A DNA stretch of 64,000 bases from Antedon mediterranea (taxonomy: Eukaryota; Animalia; Echinodermata). Shown here one piece after another: positions 53,801 through 64,000 of the stretch. Where the stretch lies: the NCBI RefSeq assembly GCF_964355755.1, contig NC_092673.1, forward strand, positions 21,387,648 through 21,451,647, written 5' to 3'. The stretch's first letter is position 1; the number at the start of each line of letters is the position of its first letter. The notes under the pieces were generated by a model. That model was given only the letters and a program-made list of their open reading frames with translations. It did not search any database and was not told the origin of the DNA. The translations under genes were made by a program, and so were the position numbers.

Positions 53801-56800
53801 TTGAGGCATTTTTAGCTCAAATGAAGGTAAGTATAGTGACATATCCAAACTGTACTTATAAGAACACAAATGATTTATTTATGTAGATGTAATTTAAACA
53901 ACCCATGGACAAATCATGCAGTGAAAGAAGCAAATTTTAAGGTCTGTTCTAGGTAGAGCACAAATCTTTAGACTAATATGCAAAAGAGTTAAGCAAATTA
54001 TATAAAATATAATACATGAAAGAAACTTTTATTCAATAAACAAAACAAGAAATAAAAAAGACATTGAAAAAAGAGTTTTTCTCACCATTATGCTAAGTGT
54101 GTTCTGAAAACCGATGATGTTAAATTCTTTTTTTAAGGAACTTATTATAAATATGAAAGCTGAGGAGTTTGAACGACAAGTGTCTGCATTAGTTGTTAAA
54201 CTGTCTGTCAAACCAAAAAAACTAATAACTCAATGTCGCAAATACTGGAGCGAAATCATTTCAGGACAGTACCACTTTGATAGAGGTTGGTAAAAGTGTT
54301 ATGCTTGCTTTCCAATCTTAAGGTCCATGGTTCAATCCTGATCTTGTGTCAGGGTTGTAACTCACGACTCTGTCTACTTCACTCTCTATGCTTCAAATGA
54401 GACTTCGTTTATAAACACACTAATTATATAGTTTATCCATCCTGTAATTGCTAAGTTTCTCGCTGTTAGATAACTATAAAAAAAAAAAAAAAAACTTTTG
54501 ATGTTTATTTTCAGATTCTGTTGAGATTGCTTGTCTGAAAACCATAACGAAGGATAATTTGATAGACTTCTTTAACAAGTATATTGATGCAAACGCTTCA
54601 CAACGACATAAAATATCAGTTCACATCAAACCAACTGTCACAGCTGATGAACCGGATTCGTCTGAGAATATGACAGACAAACCTGTAGATGGAATTGTAT
54701 TGACTGAAGTAAGTACCCCCAATGTCAATAGGACAGACAAACCTGTAGATGGAATTGTATTGACTGAAGTAAGTACCCCCAATGTCAATAGGACAGACAA
54801 ACCTGTAGATGGAATTGTATTGACTGAAGTAAGTACCCCCAATGTCAATAGGACAGACAAACCTGTAGATGGAATTGTATTGACTGATGTAAGTACCCCC
54901 AATGTCAATAGGACAGACAAACCTGTAGATGGAATTGTATTGACTGAAGTAAGTACCCCCAATGTCAATAGGACAGACAAACCTGTAGATGGAATTGTAT
55001 TGACTGATGTAAGTACCCCCAATGTCAATAGGACAGACAAACCTGTAGATGGAATTGTATTGACTGAAGTAAGTACCCCCAATGTCAATAGGACAGACAA
55101 ACCTGTAGATGGAATTGTATTGACTGAAGTAAGTACCCCCAATGTCAATAGGACAGACAAACCTGTAGATGGAATTGTATTGACTGAAGTAAGTACCCCC
55201 AATGTCAATAGGATAGACAAACCTGTAGATGGAATTGTATTGACTGAAGTAAGTACCCCCAATGTCAATAGGACAGACAAACCTGTAGATGGAATTGTAT
55301 TGACTGAAGTAAGTACCCACAATGTCAATAGGACAGACAAACCTGTAGATGGAATTGTATTGACTGATGTAAGTACCCCCAATGTCAATAGGATAGACAA
55401 ACCTGTAGATGGAATTGTTTTGACTGAAGTAAGTACCCCCAATGTCAATAGGACAGACAAACCTGTAGATGGAATTGTATTGACTGAAGTAAGTACCCAC
55501 AATGTCAATAGGACAGACAAACCTGTAGATGGAATTGTATTGACTGATGTAAGTACCCCCAATGTCAATAGGACAGACAAACCTGTAGATGGAATTGTAT
55601 TGACTGAAGTAAGTACCCACAATGTCAATAGGACAGACAAACCTGTAGATGGAATTGTATTGACTGATGTAAGTACCCCCAATGTCAATAGGATAGACAA
55701 ACCTGTAGATGGAATTGTTTTGACTGAAGTAAGTACCCCCAATGTCAATAGGACAGACAAACCTGTAGATGGAATTGTATTGACTGAAGTAAGTACCCAC
55801 AATGTCAATAGGACAGACAAACCTGTAGATGGAATTGTATTGACTGATGTAAGTACCCCCAATGTCAATAGGATAGACAAACCTGTAGATGGAATTGTAT
55901 TGACTGAAGTAAGTACCCCCAATGTCAATAGGACAGACAAACCTGTAGATGGAATTGTATTGACTGAAGTAAGTACCCCCAATGTCACTAGGACAGACAA
56001 ACCTGTAGATGGAATTGTATTGACTGAAGTAAGTACCCCCAATGTCAATAGGACAGACAAACCTGTAGATGGAATTGTATTGACTGAAGTAAGTACCCCC
56101 AATGTCAATAGGATAGACAAACCTGTAGATGGAATTGTATTGACTGAAGTAAGTACCCCCAATGTCAATAGGATAGACAAACCTGTAGATGGAATTGTAT
56201 TGACTGAAGTAAGTACCCCCAATGTCAATAGGACAGACAAACCTGTAGATGGAATTGTATAGACTGATGTAAGTACCCCCAATGTCAATAGGACAGACAA
56301 ACCTGTAGATGGAATTGTATTGACGGATGTAAGTACCCCCAATGTCAATAGGACAGACAAACCTGTAGATGGAATTGTATTGACTGATGTAAGTACCCCC
56401 AATGTCAATAGGATAGACAAACCTGTAGATGGAATTGTATTGACTGATGTAAGTACCCCCAATGTCAATAGGACAGACAAACCTGTAGATGGAATTGTAT
56501 TGACTGATGTAAGTACCCCCAATGTCAATAGGATAGACAAACCTGTAGATGGAATTGTATTGACTGAAGTAAGTACCCCCAATGTCAATAGGATAGACAA
56601 ACCTGTAGATGGAATTGTATTGACGGAAGTAAGTACCCCCAATGTCAATAGGACAGACAAACCTGTAGATGGAATTGTATTGACTGATGTAAGTACCCCC
56701 AATGTCAATAGGACAGACAAACCTGTAGATGGAATTGTATTGACTGAAGTAAGTACCCCCAATGTCAATAGGATAGACAAACCTGTAGATGGAATTGTAT

Positions 56801-58434
56801 TGAATGAAGTAAGTACCCCCAATGTCAATAGGATAGACAAACCTGTAGATGGAATTGTATTGACTGAAGTAAGTACCCCCAATGTCAATAGGACAGACAA
56901 ACCTGTAGATGGAATTGTATTGACTGAAGTAAGTACCCCCAATGTCAATAGGATAGACAAACCTGTAGATGGAATTGTATTGACTGAAGTAAGTACCCCC
57001 AATGTCAATAGGACAGACAAACCTGTAGATGGAATTGTATAGACTGATGTAAGTACCCCCAATGTCAATAGGACAGACAAACCTGTAGATGGAATTGTAT
57101 TGACGGATGTAAGTACCCCCAATGTCAATAGGACAGACAAACCTGTAGATGGAATTGTATTGACTGATGTAAGTACCCCCAATGTCAATAGGATAGACAA
57201 ACCTGTAGATGGAATTGTATTGACTGATGTAAGTACCCCCAATGTCAATAGGACAGACAAACCTGTAGATGGAATTGTATTGACTGATGTAAGTACCCCC
57301 AATGTCAATAGGATAGACAAACCTGTAGATGGAATTGTATTGACTGAAGTAAGTACCCCCAATGTCAATAGGACAGACAAACCTGTAGATGGAATTGTAT
57401 TGACTGAAGTAAGTACCCCCAATGTCAATAGGATAGACAAACCTGTATTTGGAATTGTATTGAATGAAGTAAGTACCCCCAATGTCAATAGGATAGACAA
57501 ACCTGTAGATGGAATTGTATTGACTGAAGTAAGTACCCCCAATGTCAATAGGACAGACAAACCTGTAGATGGAATTGTTTTGACTGAAGTAAGTACCCCC
57601 AATGTCAATAGGATAGACAAACCTGTAGATGGAATTGTATTGACTGAAGTAAGTACCCCCAATGTCAATAGGACAGAAAAACCTGTAGATGGAATTGTAT
57701 TGACTGATGTAAGTACCCCCAATGTCAATAGGATAGACAAACCTGTAGATGGAATTGTTTTGACTGAAGTAAGTACCCCCAATGTCAATAGGACAGACAA
57801 ACCTGTAGATGGAATTGTATTGACTGAAGTAAGTACCCCCAATGTCAATAGGACAGACAAACCTGTAGATGGAATTGTATTGACTGATGTAAGTACCCCC
57901 AATGTCAATAGGACAGACAAACCTGTAGATGGAATTGTATTGACTGAAGTAAGTACCCCCAATGTCAATAGGATAGACAAACCTGTAGATGGAATTGTAT
58001 TGACTGATGTAAGTATCCCCAATGTCAATAGGACAGACAAACCTGTAGATGGAATTGTATTGACTACCCCCAATGTCAATAGGATAGATTGAACTCTTTT
58101 TTTTAAAGTCTAAAACCTATATCATCAGCTCAGCTTAATTATATATACAGTATTAAGAAATTACACACTTTCCTGGAAATCTTGACTTTTTACATGATTT
58201 TTTTCTTTTATTGCATTGTTGTGTCATGGTGCCTTGAGCATCTCATGTTTGATGTAAAGCGACGCAATATAATATTTTCTTAGATGATTAGTACTGTACT
58301 CAATTAAATCATGTTTTTATCTTTCACAGCCTGTTGTAGTAACAGATGTCACATACTTTAAAAGTGGTTTATCACTGTTTCCACGACCCGCCTCTTATAT
58401 TGATAGTTTAGCACCAGCCAAGTCAAAACTTTAG
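41813..58434 (+). CDS. IDE: Insulin-degrading enzyme (insulysin, M16A zinc metallopeptidase), 24 coding exons
   Basis: Exons: 41813-41916, 43209-43393, 43530-43606 ([21 protein letters not shown] zinc motif), 43703-43729, 44597-44700, 45013-45182, 45423-45545, 45752-45864, 46325-46414, 46581-46746 (GHLVGHEG), 47077-47249, 48034-48137, 48257-48359, 48789-48994, 49204-49348, 50296-50406, 50873-50993, 51095-51186, 52084-52195, 53070-53237 ([11 protein letters not shown]), 53702-53826, 54138-54285, 54515-54708, 58330-58434 ([34 protein letters not shown]). All junctions are GT-AG and phase-compatible. Confidence 0.96.
42158..42597 (+). mobile_element. HINE/Helentron-like (DINE-1-type) non-autonomous element with internal tRNA-like cassette
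   Basis: Subterminal inverted repeat ACCTCCGCC...GGCGGAGGT, 3' hairpin ACCTCCTTGGCGGAGGT, CA microsatellite at 42526-42560, no TSD seen. Confidence 0.7.
45950..46225. repeat. Two adjacent long inverted repeats (probable palindromic non-autonomous DNA element)
   Basis: 37-bp arms at 46118-46154 and 46166-46202; second pair TTTTATATAACACCTAAATAAATTC / GAATCTATTTAGATGTTATATAAAA. Confidence 0.75.
46880..47030 (+). mobile_element. Second tRNA-derived SINE family
   Basis: GTAGCTTGGTGGTTAA (A box)...GGTTTAATCC (B-like)...GAGACTTAGTTTATAAGCAC; related copies at ~54290-54460 and ~12520-12635. Confidence 0.6.
47260..47397. mobile_element. MITE family A, copy 5, 10 bp downstream of an IDE splice donor
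   Basis: TTA|AGCTCTGTCTACACTATCAAACT...AGTTTGATAGTGTAGACAGAACT|TTA. Confidence 0.85.
47606..48003. repeat. (ACATG)n-based compound micro/minisatellite (CATGACATGGTAT...)
   Basis: Direct reading; 5-bp base unit with 15/20-bp and ~65-bp higher-order blocks; ends ~30 bp before IDE exon 12. Confidence 0.92.
49837..50180. mobile_element. Kolobok-like TTAA MITE, copy 3
   Basis: TTAA|AGATGTATTGTCCCC...GGGAACAATACATCT|TTAA. Confidence 0.8.
51702..52003 (+). mobile_element. tRNA-derived Nin/Deu-type SINE, copy 2
   Basis: AGTGAGTGGCCAAGCGGTTTAGAC...CTCGGATAAGGACTATAAA...TTAAAGAACC...; reverse complement of 40806-41121. Confidence 0.8.
52268..52888. mobile_element. Probable MITE with imperfect TIRs and TAG/CTA-rich interior
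   Basis: CCCATAGCAAAGAAAATTAGTAGATAG...CTATATCTACTAAGACTTTTGTTATG are imperfect inverted ends. Confidence 0.4.
54672..58088 (+). repeat. 60-bp tandem array (~57 units) made of the IDE exon 23 3' end, its 5' splice site and the intron start
   Basis: Unit ACAGACAAACCTGTAGATGGAATTGTATTGACTGAA|GTAAGTACCCCCAATGTCAATAGG; exact 60-bp period from 54672 to ~58065; the last unit has a 9-bp deletion. Confidence 0.98.
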
Positions 58435-59093
58435 ACCATTGAGATAAACAGCTTAAATCGATCTGTCACACAGGGCTACCAAGAACAAATATTGTTGGTA
58501 AATTACAAGTGAGAGTCTTGTACACTTTGCATAAAATATATTTTGCAATTGGTCTCTCGAATAAAATATATTTTACGATTGATATGAACCAAGCAGTTTG
58601 CATTATAAAAATCCTTATTCTGTTGAGGTGGAAAACTTTGGAAGCACATTGACTGCATAATTTTCTAGCGCATTGTTTTTAAGAAAAGGTCACCGCTAAA
58701 AAAAAAAAAACTTTTCTTTAATTTTCAACAAAATCAAAGAAAAAAAATGAAAGGCTGTCACAGATTTATTATCTTTTTAATTTCTCAAACATGACAATTA
58801 CAAGCTTCTTAAACATAAAAAATATTTCCCTTTAGAGATATAAACAACAGAGTCTATACTTACCTTTTAAATTACTTTAAATACAATCTTTAATACAACA
58901 CTAATAAAGAGAATGCTATAGCAATTATTGGATGTTAAAGAAACCCACAGTTATTATAAAATTGTAGTCACAAAACCAACATTAATCAACAGTAAGCTTT
59001 TTAAATCAAGAAGGGTAGTACACTTATTATATAAATATTATAAAGTAATACATTGACATCTGAATAATGACCTTCAGGTTCAGTTGGCGGGGT

Positions 59094-59416
59094 GCGATTT
59101 TTATTTTCGTACATATATTGGGAAACATCACAAAATAAACATGAATATTCATTAGTCATATCCATAAGGTGTGACGTAAGAATAGATCTAACAACAATCC
59201 ACTAATGCAAACGCTTTCTGTCGAGCATCTGTGTAGTCAAATGGATTAGACTATGGACTTCACATGTCGATGTATCTGGTTCGAATCCCATGAGCAACAT
59301 CTTTTTACTTTATAGTGAGATTATTTACAGGGTTAGATTTAGTTATATTTAGGAAGTAGTTCGGCTATCTTTCACATAAGAGGTCCCTTAAACTTATGTA
59401 CGAAAAGAAAAATCGC
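59094..59416 (+). mobile_element. TIR element with internal tRNA-like cassette, in the MARCHF5 3' region
   Basis: GCGATTTTTATTTTCGTACATA...TATGTACGAAAAGAAAAATCGC inverted ends; internal TAGTCAAATGG...GGTTCGAATCC followed by TTTTT. Confidence 0.7.
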
Positions 59417-60615
59417 TGGGTGGGTTACCCTATTTAAATAAAGTTGAAATAAATAAATTATATATAGTTGGATAGTCAGTGGTAGATAACAATTTTAAAA
59501 CATTTTTAAACCTAGGATTTAATAATTTCACCAAGTTTATATAAATTAAATGTGAATGTCAATAAAGTGGTATAAATTATGAAATGTGTATTTTCAATTT
59601 TTACTTCTAACAACCGAACAGTATAAATATAGTAGGCAACCTATCTTTAAAAAAAGCTACAAAATTCTATAACCATAACATTTATTTGCAAACTATAAAT
59701 CATTGAAAAAAAAAATACCCAAAAATCCAATAAACTCTAAATAGATAGATGTTGTTAACAGAAAGATTTTGCAATGTATTCATTTGTTATGGTAGCAAGA
59801 CGATTCGGCACACTTACATTTATCAGCTTTGATATGCATTTTATAAGCATAAAATAAGCATTTTTACCCAAACTTTATTTTCAGTAAAACTATGGGATAG
59901 GGCCTAGTACTACAGATGCAATAAAGCAAACATTTTGAAAACATTGTCGAAAATGATCATTTTCGAAGTAATAAATTGAATATAAAATTACGTAAAAAAA
60001 ACCAATTTCAGTAATTTATTTTATATATTATATCAACATTGTCAATATCAAATAAAATACGGATTGTTAAACACCTTTAAAAACGTGATAAATACCAACA
60101 AAAATGAATATGAATTTGGTCTAAAGTGAGACCAAAAGTGGGCCGAATCGTCCTGGATTCTTTGCTATATATTGGACTTCTCTACTAGTTTAAAATACCA
60201 CTCATCATTTTAAGGGTCATTCAAATATCAAATTCTTTATACCAAGGTAACATTTTTATTTTGGTTTATAACTCTGGTAGGTTAGCCTAGCAAGATGTGA
60301 CCAAGATGCATGGTCAGAACAATGTATTCCTTTTCCCAAATTTCATTCAAACAAGGACTTATACTATACATATACTGTATGTATTTACATATTTCTTTGA
60401 TTGTATATACCGGACCTATTACTATGTACTGTATCATTCTCATCCAAACATGTTATCTATATCCCAGCTAAAAACGAATCATTCTTTTATTTCCCTACAA
60501 CATAAGCACATACTAAACATTATAATTTCATGTGTTCTTCCTCACTATGCTTGTATATATGGTGTATCCAACATAAGCAAATACTAAACAGTATAACTTC
60601 ATGTCTTCTTTCTCA

Positions 60616-62840
60616 CTATTCTTCTGCATTGGGTGTTTCCAATGGTTTTTCTACCGGTACACTAGCATCACCATCAAAATCCTTTATCTCGCGATGTGCC
60701 TGTCTCAAATATTGTTGTTGTTTATAGAATAGTTTCAAAGCTCCTTTAATAGTCACAAATGCAATACCACCCTAAAAAATAAAACAAGTTTTAGTAAATT
60801 TGCTAATGCAATATAGTACTATATATCACCAGATCAAATACATAAGTAAATTGTGGTAGGTCATGACCTTTCTGTACATTTACAGTCAACATACTGTATA
60901 AAAGAAAACCAACTTACCAAAATAGTTCTTTGTAAATTTGACTTTAATGAGCCAAAGAGAAGTTTTCCGGTGACTGTTGAAACAGTCGGGAAAATGAGGG
61001 CGCCACAAAGAACTCTCGTTGCTGACAGTGGATCAGACATTGGTTGTGTATCTGCTGGTATCCTAGGCAACATGTCGGACATTTGATTCCATCCGCAAAC
61101 ATATTTCCAGATTGGGAGTTTAGGTGAATATTTGCGCCAAAGTTTCAAGACATAATCTTCCCATCTGAGCATTTTACTGAGTATCAGCATAACAGGGATT
61201 GTTGGGAGTCCAATAAGTAGGAATAAGGGGTCAGCTCGTTCCATCACATCAAGCCCTTCCTTGTGCCCCAAAACCTGCATTATTGTCACTGCACCATATG
61301 TTACAGCAGACCAGTACACTGAGCCAACTACCACACCCGCAGCAGCAAACGGACATACTTTGTAAATCAGTTTATCAACAAGATCTAAAAAGCTAACAAA
61401 GGAACCTGTGAAATAAATAAAATACAAATTATGACATCAAATCCAGGCATTTTCTTTTGGAAATTGTAGGTGTGCTACAAATTGCACTCCTCAACACATT
61501 CAGGGGTGCTGTAGGTGTGCCGTTTGTATTTTGGTGTGTTCAAGTTTTTTAAGTGTGTTGTAAATTGCACTCCTCAAGGGCAGTTTAGGTGTGTGTTAAG
61601 TCACACTCGCTCGCCTAAAAAATAAGGCATTCGAATAATTTTGAATTTTGGCAGTAAGGTGTTTACAGTTAGGGGAAAAATGACTATAGTCATGTTAGAA
61701 AGTGTAGTTAAGAGTTGTTAAGCAACATAACTTTACCACATAAAACTCCTAGAAAGAAAAAGCCTTTTACCATTTTCACGACTGTTTAGGGCAGTCAATG
61801 ATTATTGGTGAATTATCGGTCAGGGTACAAAAATAAAGAATGACCCGCCTGTAATGTTATACCAATAAGATAAGATGCGGTTAAAACATATAAGAGGTTT
61901 TTCAAGTTCAGTTATTCATGTGTCAGACATTGTTATATTTTTACCTATTCCTGGATATACAATGATGTATTCTGTACTACATTGTGGGCAAGAAACCTTT
62001 GCTGTGCTGTTTCCTTTCTGTTTCTCATCAATCCATCGCTGTAAACAAACTTGATGAACCCATTTGGTTGTTCCTTTACATCTACAAGGTCTTGTCCATT
62101 TTGCTGTCATATCATCTTCATCGGTGGCAAAACACACCCAACAACTTCTCCTATAATCATAATTATGCAATGTATATTAATTATCAACCGAAACTCCATG
62201 TTTGAGTATTTGAAAGATGTATTGTCTACCAAAAACATAAAAAATAGAAAAATTAATAAAGTAAGATTTTTGCAATTTTAATCAAGTTTGTTTGTTTGTT
62301 TGTTTTTTTATTTCCATTCACAACAAAATAAAACCATTAACATACATAAATATTCATTACAAAAATGAAAGAATGGAAAGGGGGAATCTCTGAAGCACAG
62401 CAGCTTATAAGTAGAAACCCCCTGTTACAAAACAGTTTATAAATAGTAATATGAAATAAAGTTATTCACTTCTGTAGAAAAAATCCACAAAAATAATGAT
62501 TTCACATTAAAAAAACGGTTAATTTTAACCAAAAATCATTGTCTGACAGACAATTTAGGTATTTTTTACTTTAAATTACATTTTTATCAGGAGAATAATT
62601 TTTTTTTTTCGTCCAGTTTTTGGTCAAAGATAACCATTATGTGACATTAAAATGGCATATTAAAAAATTATTTTTTTAGGGGGACAATATCTTTGATACT
62701 GTGCGTTTAAATGTGTGTACAGTAGATTAAAAGGAGTCTGAATAGTACATGTGATCTTACCTATCATCCCTGCTCAATCTCTTAGCAACAGGTGAATGAC
62801 TTACTTCTCCCGTACTTGTTGCAATAGGAGCATTTTCCAT
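60616..62840 (-). CDS. MARCHF5: Mitochondrial RING-CH E3 ubiquitin ligase MARCHF5 (MITOL)
   Basis: Exons: 62840-62761 (MENAPIATSTGEVSHSPVAKRLSRDD); 62150-61945 (RSCWVCFATDEDD...PCRCKGTTKWVHQVCLQRWIDEKQKGN...CPQC, RING-CH); 61405-60918 (CPFAAAGVVVGSVYWSAVTYGAVT...ADPLFLLIGLPTIP...ATRVLCGALIFP); 60771-60616 (GGIAFVTIKGALKLFYKQQQYLRQAHR...*). Confidence 0.96.
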
Positions 62841-63285
62841 TTCAAAATCCTCTGATCCCCTGTTTCCAACTTGTCACTACAAACAAGGAAGTCCAAATAA
62901 GTGAATGCATTTTTAAAATAATATCATCAATCAGGCCTAGAAAGTGTAACTATTAGTATTATTAATAATATGCAAGCCATGATTACTTTTATATTTCTAT
63001 AAATAATTAATTAGGCCTAGGCTTGAACCGAATAAGGTTCAGTTGGTAAGTATGACTAGCTAGGCTACTCTATCTAAGCCTAGGCCTAGGTCCTCTAGCT
63101 TACGTAGCCAAAGCCTCTTTTTGATGCCTACCTAGGCCTAGCCGTATGAAGAGAGAAGAGGCTTGGCCTAGAAATGAATAAAGGCCTATATGCAACACTT
63201 CTAGAAGCTTAAATACAACGGACCTAGGCAACTATTAACTAATATTATTAATATATTAGTAAAAATACAAATGAAATCTGCTTAC

Positions 63286-63400
63286 TACTTAAAATTAAAG
63301 GAGTTTTTTGGTAAACCGCAGCTCTTTACTACAACTTCAGCAGTTGATTCTTGACCCTACTTTTTTACGTCTTCTGATCACATGCTGCCTACGTCATTAT
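63286..63400 (-). promoter_or_regulatory. Putative MARCHF5 non-coding first exon and proximal promoter
   Basis: Minus-strand donor GTAAGC at 63285, acceptor TTGTTTGTAG at ~62877; TACGTC(A) CRE-like and TCACATG E-box motifs at 63366-63396. Confidence 0.4.
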
Positions 63401-64000
63401 AAATACGATTTTAAAATTTCAATACTAATTAGTATTCCCCTTCAAAAAAAACTTTAAATCAGCACGAAACACATAAAAACGAGTCTAGTCAAGAATAATT
63501 TTTTTTTAAATACAACAAGAAAATGATTAAAAATATAAAACAATTTTAAGTATTACAGTCAATAATCGAAAAGCAAATTGTTTTTCAAACTAAAATTATT
63601 ACTGTAGTGTAGGTATTTTGTTTGTTCGTATGTTGATGGTCTAAATGATTTTATTTATTTATTATTATTATTTGTGTATTTTTTTTATTATTTTTCTTTT
63701 CTTTTTTGACAAAAATTACCAAGCATGGAGGTATTATACCTCCACATATACCAAGTAACTTGAACTTCTTCTAGATTTAATTTCATCTGTTGCATCGATT
63801 TTAACATTTTAAAATAGGTACAGCTGATCGCAAAGCGGAGAAAACGTTTTATGGCAGATTTCTAATTGTCTCATGACATAAAAAAGCAAGCAAACATATA
63901 TCGGAATTTGTATTTATAATAAGATTATATATTTTATTTTATTTTAATTTTTTCATCAAAAACCAACAGCAACGACAGTTGCCACTTAAAGGTGGTATGA

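Noticed and set aside
54616-58079. 1152-aa and 394-aa minus-strand ORFs
   Set aside because: These are antisense by-products of a stop-free 60-bp unit; there is no unique sequence, start context or splice support.
54672-58088. Array as a CRISPR locus or as a series of 23-nt introns
   Set aside because: There are no unique spacers and no cas genes, and the context is eukaryotic. The GT...AG spans inside a unit (23 or 40 nt, plus multiples of 60) are too short or shift the frame.
62799-62810. Internal GAA|GTAAGT donor in MARCHF5 coding exon 1
   Set aside because: It is phase 0 while the next exon needs phase 2; use would shift the frame.
63986-64000. TTAA|AGGTGG start of a possible Kolobok-type element
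   Set aside because: Truncated by the window edge, so the second terminus cannot be seen.

Overview
AT-rich animal genomic DNA with GT-AG spliceosomal introns, probably an invertebrate deuterostome (an echinoderm is my inference). There are no prokaryotic features. Four intron-rich genes could be rebuilt by hand from splice sites and phases. (1) Minus strand, 10972 to <605: a secreted or membrane modular protein, signal peptide-CUB-F-type lectin-Cys linker-LDLa x4, running off the left edge. (2) Minus strand, 40335/34579 to 15276: LIM domain-binding protein (LDB1/2, Chip family) with two alternative N-termini. (3) Plus strand, 41813-58434: insulin-degrading enzyme (IDE), 24 coding exons, with a mitochondrial-type presequence, a second Met and a C-terminal SKL; it is head-to-head with LDB. 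(4) Minus strand, 62840-60616: MARCHF5/MITOL, tail-to-tail with IDE as in human. The most unusual structure is a 3.4 kb array of 60-bp units in the last IDE intron. It is an amplified exon/intron junction giving 56 in-phase GTAAGT donors, 26 of them upstream of the first in-frame stop. Introns also hold several MITE families, a Myb/SANT-bearing Harbinger derivative, a solo LTR, Nin/Deu-type SINEs, DNA elements carrying tRNA-like cassettes and several minisatellites. All coordinates were read by eye and nothing was searched against a database.
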